Source of the DNA: Bacteriovoracia bacterium
Lineage (GTDB): Bacteria; Bdellovibrionota; UBA1018; CAIPTA01
Assembly: GCA_050246755.1 (NCBI GenBank)
Contig: JBFWVL010000001.1
Span: 1,536,001-1,600,000 of the forward strand
Length of the DNA stretch: 64,000 nucleotides
Direction: 5' to 3'
Shown: piece after piece, positions 52,059 through 60,600 of the stretch
Numbering within the stretch: the first letter of the stretch is position 1
Layout: the number at the start of each line of letters is the position of its first letter
Program-made: the position numbers and the translations under genes
The notes under the pieces: model-generated
Told to the model about the DNA's origin: nothing
The model's input: only the letters and a program-made list of their open reading frames with translations
Database searches by the model: none

Positions 52059-52742
52059 ATGTCTCGCCTGAGCTACCTATTCTTCGATTTTGGCGGCTGC
52101 ATCGATGCTCCGGGAATCCACACGCGCATTTTATTCTGGGATGCGTATCGCCACCTCGATTTGCGGCCCGCCGACACGCGGGAGGAATTCCAGGAGGCCT
52201 ATACGATGGCTGACCAGCGCATGATGGCCACTGGCGAAGCGAAGGCGATGGGCCTCCAAGAATTTAATCGGCATAATAGCCGGCTAATCGCGGAGAAGAT
52301 CGGCGTGAGCGAGGCCGATGCGGAGCGGGCGGCGGATCGCGTGACGGGCCAAATGCGGGCTTATATCGAGAGCAGCAAGAAAATTCTCACGCAGCTAGGT
52401 GAAAAATATCCGCTGGGGCTAATTTCTAATTTCACCGGCAATCTCGAGGTAATTCTGGCGGAATTTGGCATGCGGAGCCTTTTCGATTCCGTTACCGAGT
52501 CTTTTTACGTGGGGTATTCGAAACCGTCGCCGGAAATTTTCCGGGCCGCATTGAAGAAACAGGCGTTTCCCACCACGGAATGCCTTTACGTGGGCGATAA
52601 TCCCAAAAACGACATCATTCCCGCGAAAGCACTAGGCCTACGTACGGCGCTGATTCATCGCCCGGGGGAAAAAAAGGAATGCGGCGCGGATTACTACGTG
52701 GAAACCCTGGAGGGTTTAGTGCCTTTCATCCAGAGCAAATAA
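52059..52742 (+). CDS. HAD-family hydrolase
   Basis: FFDFGGCID, ISNF, KPSPEIF, YVGDNPKNDI. Confidence 0.9.
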   Translation: MSRLSYLFFDFGGCIDAPGIHTRILFWDAYRHLDLRPADTREEFQEAYTMADQRMMATGEAKAMGLQEFNRHNSRLIAEKIGVSEADAERAADRVTGQMRAYIESSKKILTQLGEKYPLGLISNFTGNLEVILAEFGMRSLFDSVTESFYVGYSKPSPEIFRAALKKQAFPTTECLYVGDNPKNDIIPAKALGLRTALIHRPGEKKECGADYYVETLEGLVPFIQSK

Positions 52743-53650
52743 CCTAAGGCCATCCAAAGAATTTCCACGAGCCGGTAGAGCACGGCCACGCTTACGGCGG
52801 AGTCCGCACCCATGCGAAGCACGTTTTTGCACAGAAGCAGCAGGCTCGCTTCACGGCTGCCCACCTGATAGGGAATGAAAAAGAACACATTGTCCATAAG
52901 CGCGCGTCCCACGTCCAGCAGCGCGCAGTAGAAAAGGGAAATCGGCTCGCCAAGGGCGCGGAAGGCGATGTAGAAAGTGAAGCCCTCCACGAAACGCGCG
53001 AGGGTCTCCACGAAGACCGCCAGCCAAAAGCGCCAGGGATGCACCTGGGAAAAAACATGGATCTTCGCGAGCCCCCAGCGGATCCCAAACCCGATTTTCC
53101 AAAGCATGTTTTTTTGCGCAGGCTTCTTTCTTCCGCCCACGCGTAATCGCGGTAGGAAATAGGCGAGGAGAAATAGCGCCGAGAACACAAAGATCAGCGA
53201 AACGAAGCCGATCCGGATCGGCGCGGACACCGGAAAATGAAAAAGAATGATGAACGTGCCCACTAAGAAGGCGAGCAGGGTTCCCAGCGTGTGCACCAGG
53301 TTATAGAGCACAACGCTTTTGATGGCGGTCTTGCGGGAAACCAGCTGCTCGAGCATGACCACGCGCACTGGTTCGCCTAAAACTTTCACGAAGGGGCTCA
53401 GGTTATTCCAGGCGATGCTCGCGAGCATATAGCGGAATAAACGGGGAAAGCGCGAAGGCGGAAGCTCGGGCAGTGTGAGTTGCCAGGCCAGCGTATAGCA
53501 GAGAGCTACCGGTATGAAGGAGAGGGCGAGGGGCAGCGACCACCATCCAAGGCTGGCGATATCGAAATATAGTTTTTCAAAGCCGAAGCTATAGAGAATC
53601 GAGCCGAGGGATAATAGCCCGAGCACGCTGAACAGGGCTTTCCAAATCAA
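52694..53650 (-). CDS. lysylphosphatidylglycerol-synthase TM-domain (flippase-like) protein
   Basis: WNNLSP...GEPVRV, FFIPYQVGSRE, YRLVEILW; likely TTG start at 53650 in a TTGA overlap. Confidence 0.82.
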   Translation of the reverse strand: MIWKALFSVLGLLSLGSILYSFGFEKLYFDIASLGWWSLPLALSFIPVALCYTLAWQLTLPELPPSRFPRLFRYMLASIAWNNLSPFVKVLGEPVRVVMLEQLVSRKTAIKSVVLYNLVHTLGTLLAFLVGTFIILFHFPVSAPIRIGFVSLIFVFSALFLLAYFLPRLRVGGRKKPAQKNMLWKIGFGIRWGLAKIHVFSQVHPWRFWLAVFVETLARFVEGFTFYIAFRALGEPISLFYCALLDVGRALMDNVFFFIPYQVGSREASLLLLCKNVLRMGADSAVSVAVLYRLVEILWMALGYLLWMKGTKPSRVST

Positions 53651-54558
53651 ACAATCCCCCGCGCTTTTAGGGCGGCATTGAATTTTGCGTCCACGCGCGA
53701 CTGGAAAAATCGCAGGGCGAGCAGCGCAAGCGTGAGGCAAACGATATCTACGGCGATCAGGTAGAGATCGAAGCGGCGCGCGAAGGCGAACACGATGATC
53801 ATGATGGTATGAAAATTGGCGCCCATTAGCCGCCAGCAGCGAAGCATGAAGCGATTTTGCTCGCGGTAAAGATGCTGGAACTCTTCACCCCGAGGGCCGC
53901 TCGTGAGTGCGCGCCAGGCGAAACGTTCCGCATCGCCCCGGCTCGTTAGCTTATTCTGCTGCCAGATCCAGGAGAAACGCAGATTCCAGAACAAGCGCTC
54001 GGAACCCTTGGCGGCCTCACACTCACGGGTCGCCTCGGTGATGGTCGGATTCCAGTAATCTCCTTTTACTTTTCCGTAGCCGAAATAAAGGTACTCACGA
54101 TTGTAGAAATCCAGCATCGAGCTTTGCAGGGAATGGCAAACGCCCGCAAAGATCGCGATCGGCCAGATCTCGGCCCCCCAATTGGACAGCGCAAGCGTGG
54201 AGCCGATATAGGCGGCGGCGAACACGATATTATCGCAGAGGCCGTCGAGCACGAGCCCGAGCTTGGTGGATTTGCCCCCCAGCCGGGCTAATTGGCCGTC
54301 GGAGCTGTCGAAGATTCCCGCTAAAACGAAAAGCACGCTGGCGATTGTGAGCGAGAGATTGGTTTCATTGAGGTAAAAAAAGCGCCCGGAAATGAGGCCG
54401 AGCACGAGTCCGATCAGGGTGAGCTGAGTGGGAGTGGCGCCTATGGCCCAGGCAATTTTCGCGATCAAGAAGCCCACCGGACGGTACAGGTAGAGATCGA
54501 GCTTTTCTTCGGTGTCGAAGCTCTTAATGCTCTTCCAGTATTCCTCTTTCCAGGACAT
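53647..54558 (-). CDS. CDP-alcohol phosphatidyltransferase family protein
   Basis: DSSDGQLAR.....T.LG..LDGLCD signature; EEKLDLYLYRP. Confidence 0.93.
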   Translation of the reverse strand: MSWKEEYWKSIKSFDTEEKLDLYLYRPVGFLIAKIAWAIGATPTQLTLIGLVLGLISGRFFYLNETNLSLTIASVLFVLAGIFDSSDGQLARLGGKSTKLGLVLDGLCDNIVFAAAYIGSTLALSNWGAEIWPIAIFAGVCHSLQSSMLDFYNREYLYFGYGKVKGDYWNPTITEATRECEAAKGSERLFWNLRFSWIWQQNKLTSRGDAERFAWRALTSGPRGEEFQHLYREQNRFMLRCWRLMGANFHTIMIIVFAFARRFDLYLIAVDIVCLTLALLALRFFQSRVDAKFNAALKARGIV

Positions 54559-55425
54559 CTAGATTCCGCTGGCGGAAACGGCCGTTACTTTTTTGGAAGA
54601 AAGCATTTTGGCGAGATGCTCGGAGGCAAGGGTGGCGATGGCGTTAGAGGCATCGTCGCGGCAGATGCGGAATGAAGGCCAGTCGTTTACGTCGATTAGG
54701 TGGAAATTCCCGTTGGCATCGAGGATTGCATCGCCGCCGTAGATAACGAGCCCGAGGGCTTCCGCGGAAACGGCCGCCGCGCGCTCGAGCGAAGCGAGGT
54801 TCGGTGCCGAGGCGTCGGTGAGGAAGGTGCGAACTTTAATGGGACGGAAAAACTTTCCCTTAACGCCGTAGAATTTATAGATATCGCCGGCAATATGCTT
54901 TTGAATAATCACTTCGCGCACGCCGCGCTCGCGGAATTTCACCAGCTTGGACTCCGCTTCGGCGGTGCTCTCGGCGAGGCTCACGTCGTCGTCGCAAATG
55001 GCGTGAAAATCACTGCGTTTCAGCCAGTAGGATTCTCCCTCAGAAAGGCGGGGCGTTCCGTCGGTGGCGAGAATCTGGAAGGGCACGTAATTCACGGGTA
55101 GGCCTACCAGGGTTTCCGACATCGTCTTGCGGTAGCAATTGCGGATGGCTTGAGTGCTGTTCCACACGATATTTTTCGGAAATAGCTTATCCAGGGCCGC
55201 TAGGGTTTCTTCGCTTTGGCTCATGGTGAACACTAAATCGTAGTGGGTGGAGACGCTGGTTTTCGCCTTCGCTTCTCCCTCTTCCCAGAAATCCAATTGC
55301 ACTTGGCCCGGATGCGCGCGCTGAATTTTCGCGAGGGACTCCTGCAAAATCAAACGGTCCGCTTCGATGGCGTTATTGGAAAATTTGGGGTCTCGGTAAA
55401 TCCCGAGAATCTTCAGTGGTTTCAA
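54559..55425 (-). CDS. ATP-grasp fold protein
   Basis: YWLKR.DFH, IIQKHIAGDIYKFYGV, YGGD, IDVNDWPSF. Confidence 0.75.
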   Translation of the reverse strand: MKPLKILGIYRDPKFSNNAIEADRLILQESLAKIQRAHPGQVQLDFWEEGEAKAKTSVSTHYDLVFTMSQSEETLAALDKLFPKNIVWNSTQAIRNCYRKTMSETLVGLPVNYVPFQILATDGTPRLSEGESYWLKRSDFHAICDDDVSLAESTAEAESKLVKFRERGVREVIIQKHIAGDIYKFYGVKGKFFRPIKVRTFLTDASAPNLASLERAAAVSAEALGLVIYGGDAILDANGNFHLIDVNDWPSFRICRDDASNAIATLASEHLAKMLSSKKVTAVSASGI

Positions 55426-56132
55426 GGGGAAGATCCTTTGGCGCCGCGCAAAAAATGTTCGGCCGATTCGAGGTCAGAAGGATGGTCTACATCAATTGTC
55501 TTCTCTACTACAAATGTTTTTATGGTCAGCCCCTGCTCCACTAAGGCCGCGAGAAAATTACGCATTTTTTGCATCCCCTGGCCCGTAAATTTAGGTGCCA
55601 GCGCCATGGCGGGGGGGGAGAGGAAATACATGCCCGAAGTAACGAGGTGCGCGCCTTCGGCCCCGAATTTTTTTACGTAGCCTTCGTCATCTACTTGTAC
55701 CCAAAGAGGTTTCTCATCTTCCACGAAAGGCGTAACCAGCAGCGCAGATTCGCCGGCGGGCAAATCTGCGCAGAATTTCCAGAAACCAGCCAAATCGGAA
55801 TCTCGGAGGATGGTGTCCACCATGCTGAAAAGCACGGGCCCCTGAGGTGGGCTTAGGGCTTCTACTAGGGCGGCCAGGGTGTGGAGAGAGCTCTCGGTAT
55901 TCACAAATAGGTATTGCGATTGTGGAGGGAGGGTCTGTTTGTCTGCGGGATCAAGCAATTCCTCGCGCAGGGCAAAGAGAATCTCGCTGGCCCCGAGGGC
56001 AAGAAATTGATTTTGCAGGCGGTCCACTAGAGTTTTCCCGGCGATCCTGGCCAGGGGTTTTGCTTTCGCCAGGCCTTGCATCCGGGAGCCGAGGCCTGCC
56101 CCTAGCACTGCCACGCGTATTCCGCTTTTCAT
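55422..56132 (-). CDS. NTP transferase (sugar/polyol-phosphate nucleotidyltransferase)
   Basis: LGAGLGSRM...KPL, SMVD, DEKPL, IDVDHPSDL. Confidence 0.88.
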   Translation of the reverse strand: MKSGIRVAVLGAGLGSRMQGLAKAKPLARIAGKTLVDRLQNQFLALGASEILFALREELLDPADKQTLPPQSQYLFVNTESSLHTLAALVEALSPPQGPVLFSMVDTILRDSDLAGFWKFCADLPAGESALLVTPFVEDEKPLWVQVDDEGYVKKFGAEGAHLVTSGMYFLSPPAMALAPKFTGQGMQKMRNFLAALVEQGLTIKTFVVEKTIDVDHPSDLESAEHFLRGAKGSSP

Positions 56133-56146
56133 GGGGCCAAACTAGC

Positions 56147-56183
56147 AAAAAAAGAAAAGGCCCGGAAGGTGATTCCGGGCCTT
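56147..56183 (-). terminator. rho-independent terminator
   Basis: AAGGCCCGGAA-GGTGA-TTCCGGGCCTT preceded by an A run on the + strand. Confidence 0.8.
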
Positions 56184-56206
56184 AATCAGGAAGTGAGGGA
56201 TACTTC

Positions 56207-56713
56207 CTAAAATAGTTGGGGAAGGGGGCTAAGCGCAAACTCTCCCGAGGCGGTTTCATCGGCCGCGCGGCGATACTGCACGCTAAGGGTGCCATCGTTG
56301 CGGGGAATCACGGCAAATTCGAATTGGTCTCCGGGGCGCGTTTCGGAGAAGTAGCCTACGGTAGGCTGGCCATTCATCACCACGGTGCGGCTCTGCAGGG
56401 GAAAGCTAACGCGCAGATTAGCTTGGTCTTTCGCCACCAGTGATAGACGGAAAGAGGCGCGCTTTACGGGAGCAAGGGGAACGAGGGTTTGGATACGCGC
56501 GGCCATGTGATTGGGGATGCTGAATTCCTGTTCTGATTTTTCGAGGGCGGCAACGAGGTCCACTCCGTCGAGCTGGGTGGTGCCGATATAAATCGCCGAC
56601 CAGTTGCCGCGCTGGAGTTGCACCGAGGTTCCGTTATTTTCCAAGGTGGCCGCCTGGGTGATCACGGTATTGGCGAGAATGAAAGTTAGACAGGTGAAGA
56701 GAAGGCGGCTCAT
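56207..56713 (-). CDS. exported hypothetical protein
   Basis: Signal peptide (TQA|A), GGAG RBS, followed by a terminator. Confidence 0.7.
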   Translation of the reverse strand: MSRLLFTCLTFILANTVITQAATLENNGTSVQLQRGNWSAIYIGTTQLDGVDLVAALEKSEQEFSIPNHMAARIQTLVPLAPVKRASFRLSLVAKDQANLRVSFPLQSRTVVMNGQPTVGYFSETRPGDQFEFAVIPRNDGTLSVQYRRAADETASGEFALSPLPQLF

Positions 56714-56920
56714 AAAGACTCCATTTGGCGAAAGCTATTTGCCCTCCTAGTGCAGTTGGAGTGCCAGTTAATCCGAGCGTTTTGCTTTCATTTGTTAATT
56801 TGTAATTCACTGAAATCAAAGAGGTTTCTTGTGGGCGGAGAGGTGTTTTGTTTTCGAATGAGGATTTTGGTGCCAGAATGGTTCCAGTCTCCTGGTTTCA
56901 ATCTTGGGCTCAGCTCCACA

Positions 56921-58525
56921 ATGGACCTCCGTAGTAAACGTCTGGAACCTATTCTCTTCTTCCTGCTCTACGTGGCAGTGGGAAGCATTTTTCTGGGCGT
57001 GCTCACCGATTGGGTGAGCTTTGCGGTGGACGAAGGATTCACCAGTTACGGCGCCCAGCGGCTACGCGAAGGGGAATGGCCGCACCGAGATTTTTTCTTC
57101 CTTTGGACTCCCGGAATCCTGGTCTGGCACGCATTTTTGCAGGAGCTAGGGTTCAGCTGGCTCGGAGAAAGAGCTTCCGCCCTCGTGGCTGCGGCTTTCA
57201 CCGGCGCCTTGCTCCTTCGGCAAGCTCACGACTGGAACTTCCGCGCCACCCAGCGCGCCCTGCTAGCGCTCGGCATTTTACTCTGGGGATTCTCTCTCTG
57301 GAATATTCCCTATTCCTCCTGGTATGCGCTGCCATTTGCGCTTCTGGGGGCACGCTTGGGGCCGACCCGCTCGATTCTCGCGGGCCTCTGCTTGGCGGCC
57401 GCTTTTTGGTTTAAGCAGAATATTGGCATCCTTGCGTGCGTGGGCTCGCTGAGCGCGCTTTACTTGGCCGGGGAAAAGAAGAAAGCTTGGCGCGTGGGAA
57501 TGCTTTTCGCGCTCGGATTGGCCATTCCCTTCGCCGCGATTTTCATCTTCGGTGGTGAGGTTGCTTTTACCCGGGCTTTTTCCCAGATATTTCTTTTCCC
57601 GCTGCGATACCCCGCCTTGATGAGCGAGTGGCCGCAACGGCAGTGGTTCGCTTCGCCCTTGATGCTGTTTGGTCTGTGGATACTTGGGCTCTTCAGCTTA
57701 CGGCCTAACCTTGTGGGTGGAGCTCCGCGCCTGCTGAGGATCGCGCTCGTTCTTTTTCTCGGCTACGCCGCTTTTTTTGGCGGGCAAATCTTTTTTCTCG
57801 GATCCTTCCTGCTTTTTTCTTGCCTGGCCTGGGGGCTGAGTTTGGGAGTCGCACTCACTTTGCCCGCGGAAGAGAAGAAATCTTTTTGGCTCTATTTTCT
57901 TCCGGCGCTCGGCGCGTTCCTGCAAGTTTTTCCGCGCGTGGATTTTCAGCATTTTCTCTTCGTGTTTCCGCCCGCGTTCATCTTGTGGATCTGGAGCATC
58001 GAAAAGCTTCGCCTTCGCTATCCCTGGCTGCGTGGCGGCCTGCTTTTTATTCCGATACTGGTTTTGCTTTGGGGTGGGTTCTTTTTTCAGTCCCGGCTGA
58101 TTTCTCTTCGTGCCTACGGAGTGAAGGACTCGCTGGGGATGATCAGTTATGGCTGGGCTCACCGGATGAATAACGAGCTCGCGGAAGTAATTCATGCGCT
58201 GGAAGCGCGGGGACTAAAAAGGGGCGATCCTATTTTGGTGCTGCCCAACGCCACTTCTTTTTACCGCGTTTCGGGGTTTCGCAATCCCACCGCCCATAAC
58301 CAATTTTTCCCCGGCTACGTAGAGGCTTTCGGCGAAAGCCCGGTAGAAGTGCTAGCCGGATACGAGAAGGCCGGCGGCCGTTACTTGGTTTGGCAGTATA
58401 AGAGCGGTCTGAAGAATCCGCCGGCGATAGAGAAGGAAATTTCGGAAAATTATCGCATGCTGGAACAATTTCCCGAGCATTTCAGTGTTTGGGAGAGAAA
58501 AACAGCCCAGGCGCCTATTCACTAG
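56921..58525 (+). CDS. GT-C (ArnT/PMT-like) membrane glycosyltransferase
   Basis: VDEG after TM1, GEWPHRDFF..WTPG, FKQNIG, periplasmic C-terminal domain; likely start ATG 56921. Confidence 0.7.
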   Translation: MDLRSKRLEPILFFLLYVAVGSIFLGVLTDWVSFAVDEGFTSYGAQRLREGEWPHRDFFFLWTPGILVWHAFLQELGFSWLGERASALVAAAFTGALLLRQAHDWNFRATQRALLALGILLWGFSLWNIPYSSWYALPFALLGARLGPTRSILAGLCLAAAFWFKQNIGILACVGSLSALYLAGEKKKAWRVGMLFALGLAIPFAAIFIFGGEVAFTRAFSQIFLFPLRYPALMSEWPQRQWFASPLMLFGLWILGLFSLRPNLVGGAPRLLRIALVLFLGYAAFFGGQIFFLGSFLLFSCLAWGLSLGVALTLPAEEKKSFWLYFLPALGAFLQVFPRVDFQHFLFVFPPAFILWIWSIEKLRLRYPWLRGGLLFIPILVLLWGGFFFQSRLISLRAYGVKDSLGMISYGWAHRMNNELAEVIHALEARGLKRGDPILVLPNATSFYRVSGFRNPTAHNQFFPGYVEAFGESPVEVLAGYEKAGGRYLVWQYKSGLKNPPAIEKEISENYRMLEQFPEHFSVWERKTAQAPIH

Positions 58526-58553
58526 TGCGGGCCAGGCGTGGTATCCAATTTTC

Positions 58554-58787
58554 ATGAGCGGTAAAAAAGAAGAAAAATTTGAAGACGCGCTAGAGCGATT
58601 ACAGGGCCTAGTGCGCGAGCTCGAATCGGGAGATTGTGCTCTCGAAGATTCGATCAAGAAATTTGAAGACGGCATGGCGCTCGCCCGCAAATGCCAGGAT
58701 CGCCTGAATCAGGCGGAGCAAAAGATCGAAATTTTGCTGAAAGCCGATAAGAACGGCGTGAGTGCGGAACTTTTTGACGAAGAGTAA
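58554..58787 (+). CDS. xseB: exodeoxyribonuclease VII small subunit
   Basis: FEDALERL..LVRELESG...LEDSIKKFEDG..L...C...L..AEQKI; start ATG 58554. Confidence 0.95.
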   Translation: MSGKKEEKFEDALERLQGLVRELESGDCALEDSIKKFEDGMALARKCQDRLNQAEQKIEILLKADKNGVSAELFDEE

Positions 58788-59538
58788 CGAAAAAAAACGC
58801 CTTGATTTGCTCTTGCTTGCCCTCGGTCTCGCCTCTACCCGCACCAAGGCACAGGATCTTATTGCGGGCGGCCACGTGACCGTAGACGGCGCGGTGGTGG
58901 ACCACGCGGGCGCGAAATTTTCCGCCGAAAGCGTCGTTCAGCTCAAAGAGCCGGAGAATCCTTACGTTTCGCGCGGCGGGCTTAAGCTGGCCGCGGCACT
59001 CGACGCTTTTCGCGTGCCGGTAAAGGGCATGCGCGCCCTTGATATAGGTCAGTCCACAGGGGGATTCACGGACTGCCTGTTGCAGGCGGGTGCCGAAGAG
59101 ATCGTGGGGGTGGACGTAGGTATTGGCCAGCTGGATCCGCGCCTGCGCGATTCGCGGCGGGTAAAGTTTCTCGAAAAAATGGATATCCGCCAGCTGGATC
59201 CCGTGACCGTGCGGGCGCCTTTCTCTCTCTTCGTGGCCGACCTTTCTTTTATTTCGCTTACTTTGGTATTGCCCACGATCACACGCTTCCTGGCGAAGCC
59301 GTCCGATGGAATCATTCTGGTCAAGCCGCAGTTCGAGCTCAGTCCAGATGGAATTGGCTCTGGCGGGATTGTGCGCAATGCGGCGTTGCGGGAATCCGCG
59401 TTGGCGCGGGTACTAGGGGCCGCTAAAGACCTTGGATTCACGGTAGCGGGATCGATTCCTTCTCCCGTGCATGGCGGCGACGGAAACCAGGAGTATTTAG
59501 TTCATCTGCGGTGGCACTCGCAAGCCACCCGGATTTGA
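58762..59538 (+). CDS. tlyA: TlyA family rRNA 2'-O-methyltransferase
   Basis: KRLD S4 domain, YVSRGGLKL, LDIGQSTGGFTD, DLSFIS, LVKPQFE, GNQEY; start may be TTG 58774. Confidence 0.95.
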   Translation: MRNFLTKSNEKKRLDLLLLALGLASTRTKAQDLIAGGHVTVDGAVVDHAGAKFSAESVVQLKEPENPYVSRGGLKLAAALDAFRVPVKGMRALDIGQSTGGFTDCLLQAGAEEIVGVDVGIGQLDPRLRDSRRVKFLEKMDIRQLDPVTVRAPFSLFVADLSFISLTLVLPTITRFLAKPSDGIILVKPQFELSPDGIGSGGIVRNAALRESALARVLGAAKDLGFTVAGSIPSPVHGGDGNQEYLVHLRWHSQATRI

Positions 59539-59556
59539 TTTATTCTCAATCAATCC

Positions 59557-60600
59557 ATGTTTGCGAAAAAGATCACCCTCGTCGTAACCCTCCTCGCGCT
59601 TTCGCTTAGCGGATGCGCGGCCATTAAAGAACGCCAAGCCTCGCAGGAGGAAAACGAGATCTACGACGGCGTGCCCGTGGAAGAAAAAACCATAGACCAG
59701 CAAGTGGCGGAAGGTGACCCTTACGGCCCTCCCGCCAGCGATGCTCCCGCGCCTTCCGCGGAAGTGGCGGGTCCGCCGCCTCCTCCGCCCGGTTCCGAAG
59801 TGCCTCCGGCTCCAGCCGAAGCGGCTAAGCTTTGTTTATTGCTCGGGCCGGGCATGGCGAAGGCCCTGGCCGAAGCCGCCGTGCTCGAAGCTATTAAAAA
59901 AGCGCAAATTCCGGTTCACTGCGTGGTGGGCACCGAAATGGGCGCGGTAGTGGGAGCGCTCTACGCATACGCCAACGGCAGCACGAACACGATGCAGTGG
60001 CAGCTGTTTAAGTTTACTAAGGACATTTATTTTAATTTCCCGGTGCTTTCTTTGCGGGACCCGAAATCCAGCGGGAAGAAGCTGCATGACTTCTTGCGCG
60101 GGATATTTCGCGATAAGAAAATTGAAGAGTTGCCGGTTCCCTTCGCCACCGCGGCCCTCGACAGCGATCGCGACAGCCTCTTTTTTTTCGAGCGCGGAGA
60201 AGTGGCCGACGCGTTGAGCGCGACCCTGGCCGTTCCGGGCATTTTCGAGGCCTGGAAAATCGGATCCGCTTCTTACGTAACGGGTGCGGTATCGTCTCCG
60301 GCCCCCATAGAGCTGGCGCGGAAGCTTGGCGGGAATTTTTTCGTATTGGTCGACGTTACCGCGGACAATTCGGGAGCGAAGGCCGGGGCTCGTTTCCAGA
60401 AAGCCTTTTCGCCCGTTCGCAATTTGATGAGGCTGCAGAAAAAAGAAGCCTCCTTCGTGATCGAGGTGAAGGCCGGAGCGATCAGCTACGATGATTTCGA
60501 TCGTCAGGGAGAAATTCTGGCGGCCGGAGGGCGCGCTGCGGAAAAATCTGTGCCGGAGTTGAAAGCGGCCTGGGAGAAGTGGAATGCTGGCACGCATTAG
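59557..60600 (+). CDS. patatin-like lipoprotein with degenerate active site
   Basis: Lipobox LSGC, Pro-rich linker, patatin-like core with VVGTEMGAVVGALYA and AVPGIF. Confidence 0.78.
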   Translation: MFAKKITLVVTLLALSLSGCAAIKERQASQEENEIYDGVPVEEKTIDQQVAEGDPYGPPASDAPAPSAEVAGPPPPPPGSEVPPAPAEAAKLCLLLGPGMAKALAEAAVLEAIKKAQIPVHCVVGTEMGAVVGALYAYANGSTNTMQWQLFKFTKDIYFNFPVLSLRDPKSSGKKLHDFLRGIFRDKKIEELPVPFATAALDSDRDSLFFFERGEVADALSATLAVPGIFEAWKIGSASYVTGAVSSPAPIELARKLGGNFFVLVDVTADNSGAKAGARFQKAFSPVRNLMRLQKKEASFVIEVKAGAISYDDFDRQGEILAAGGRAAEKSVPELKAAWEKWNAGTH

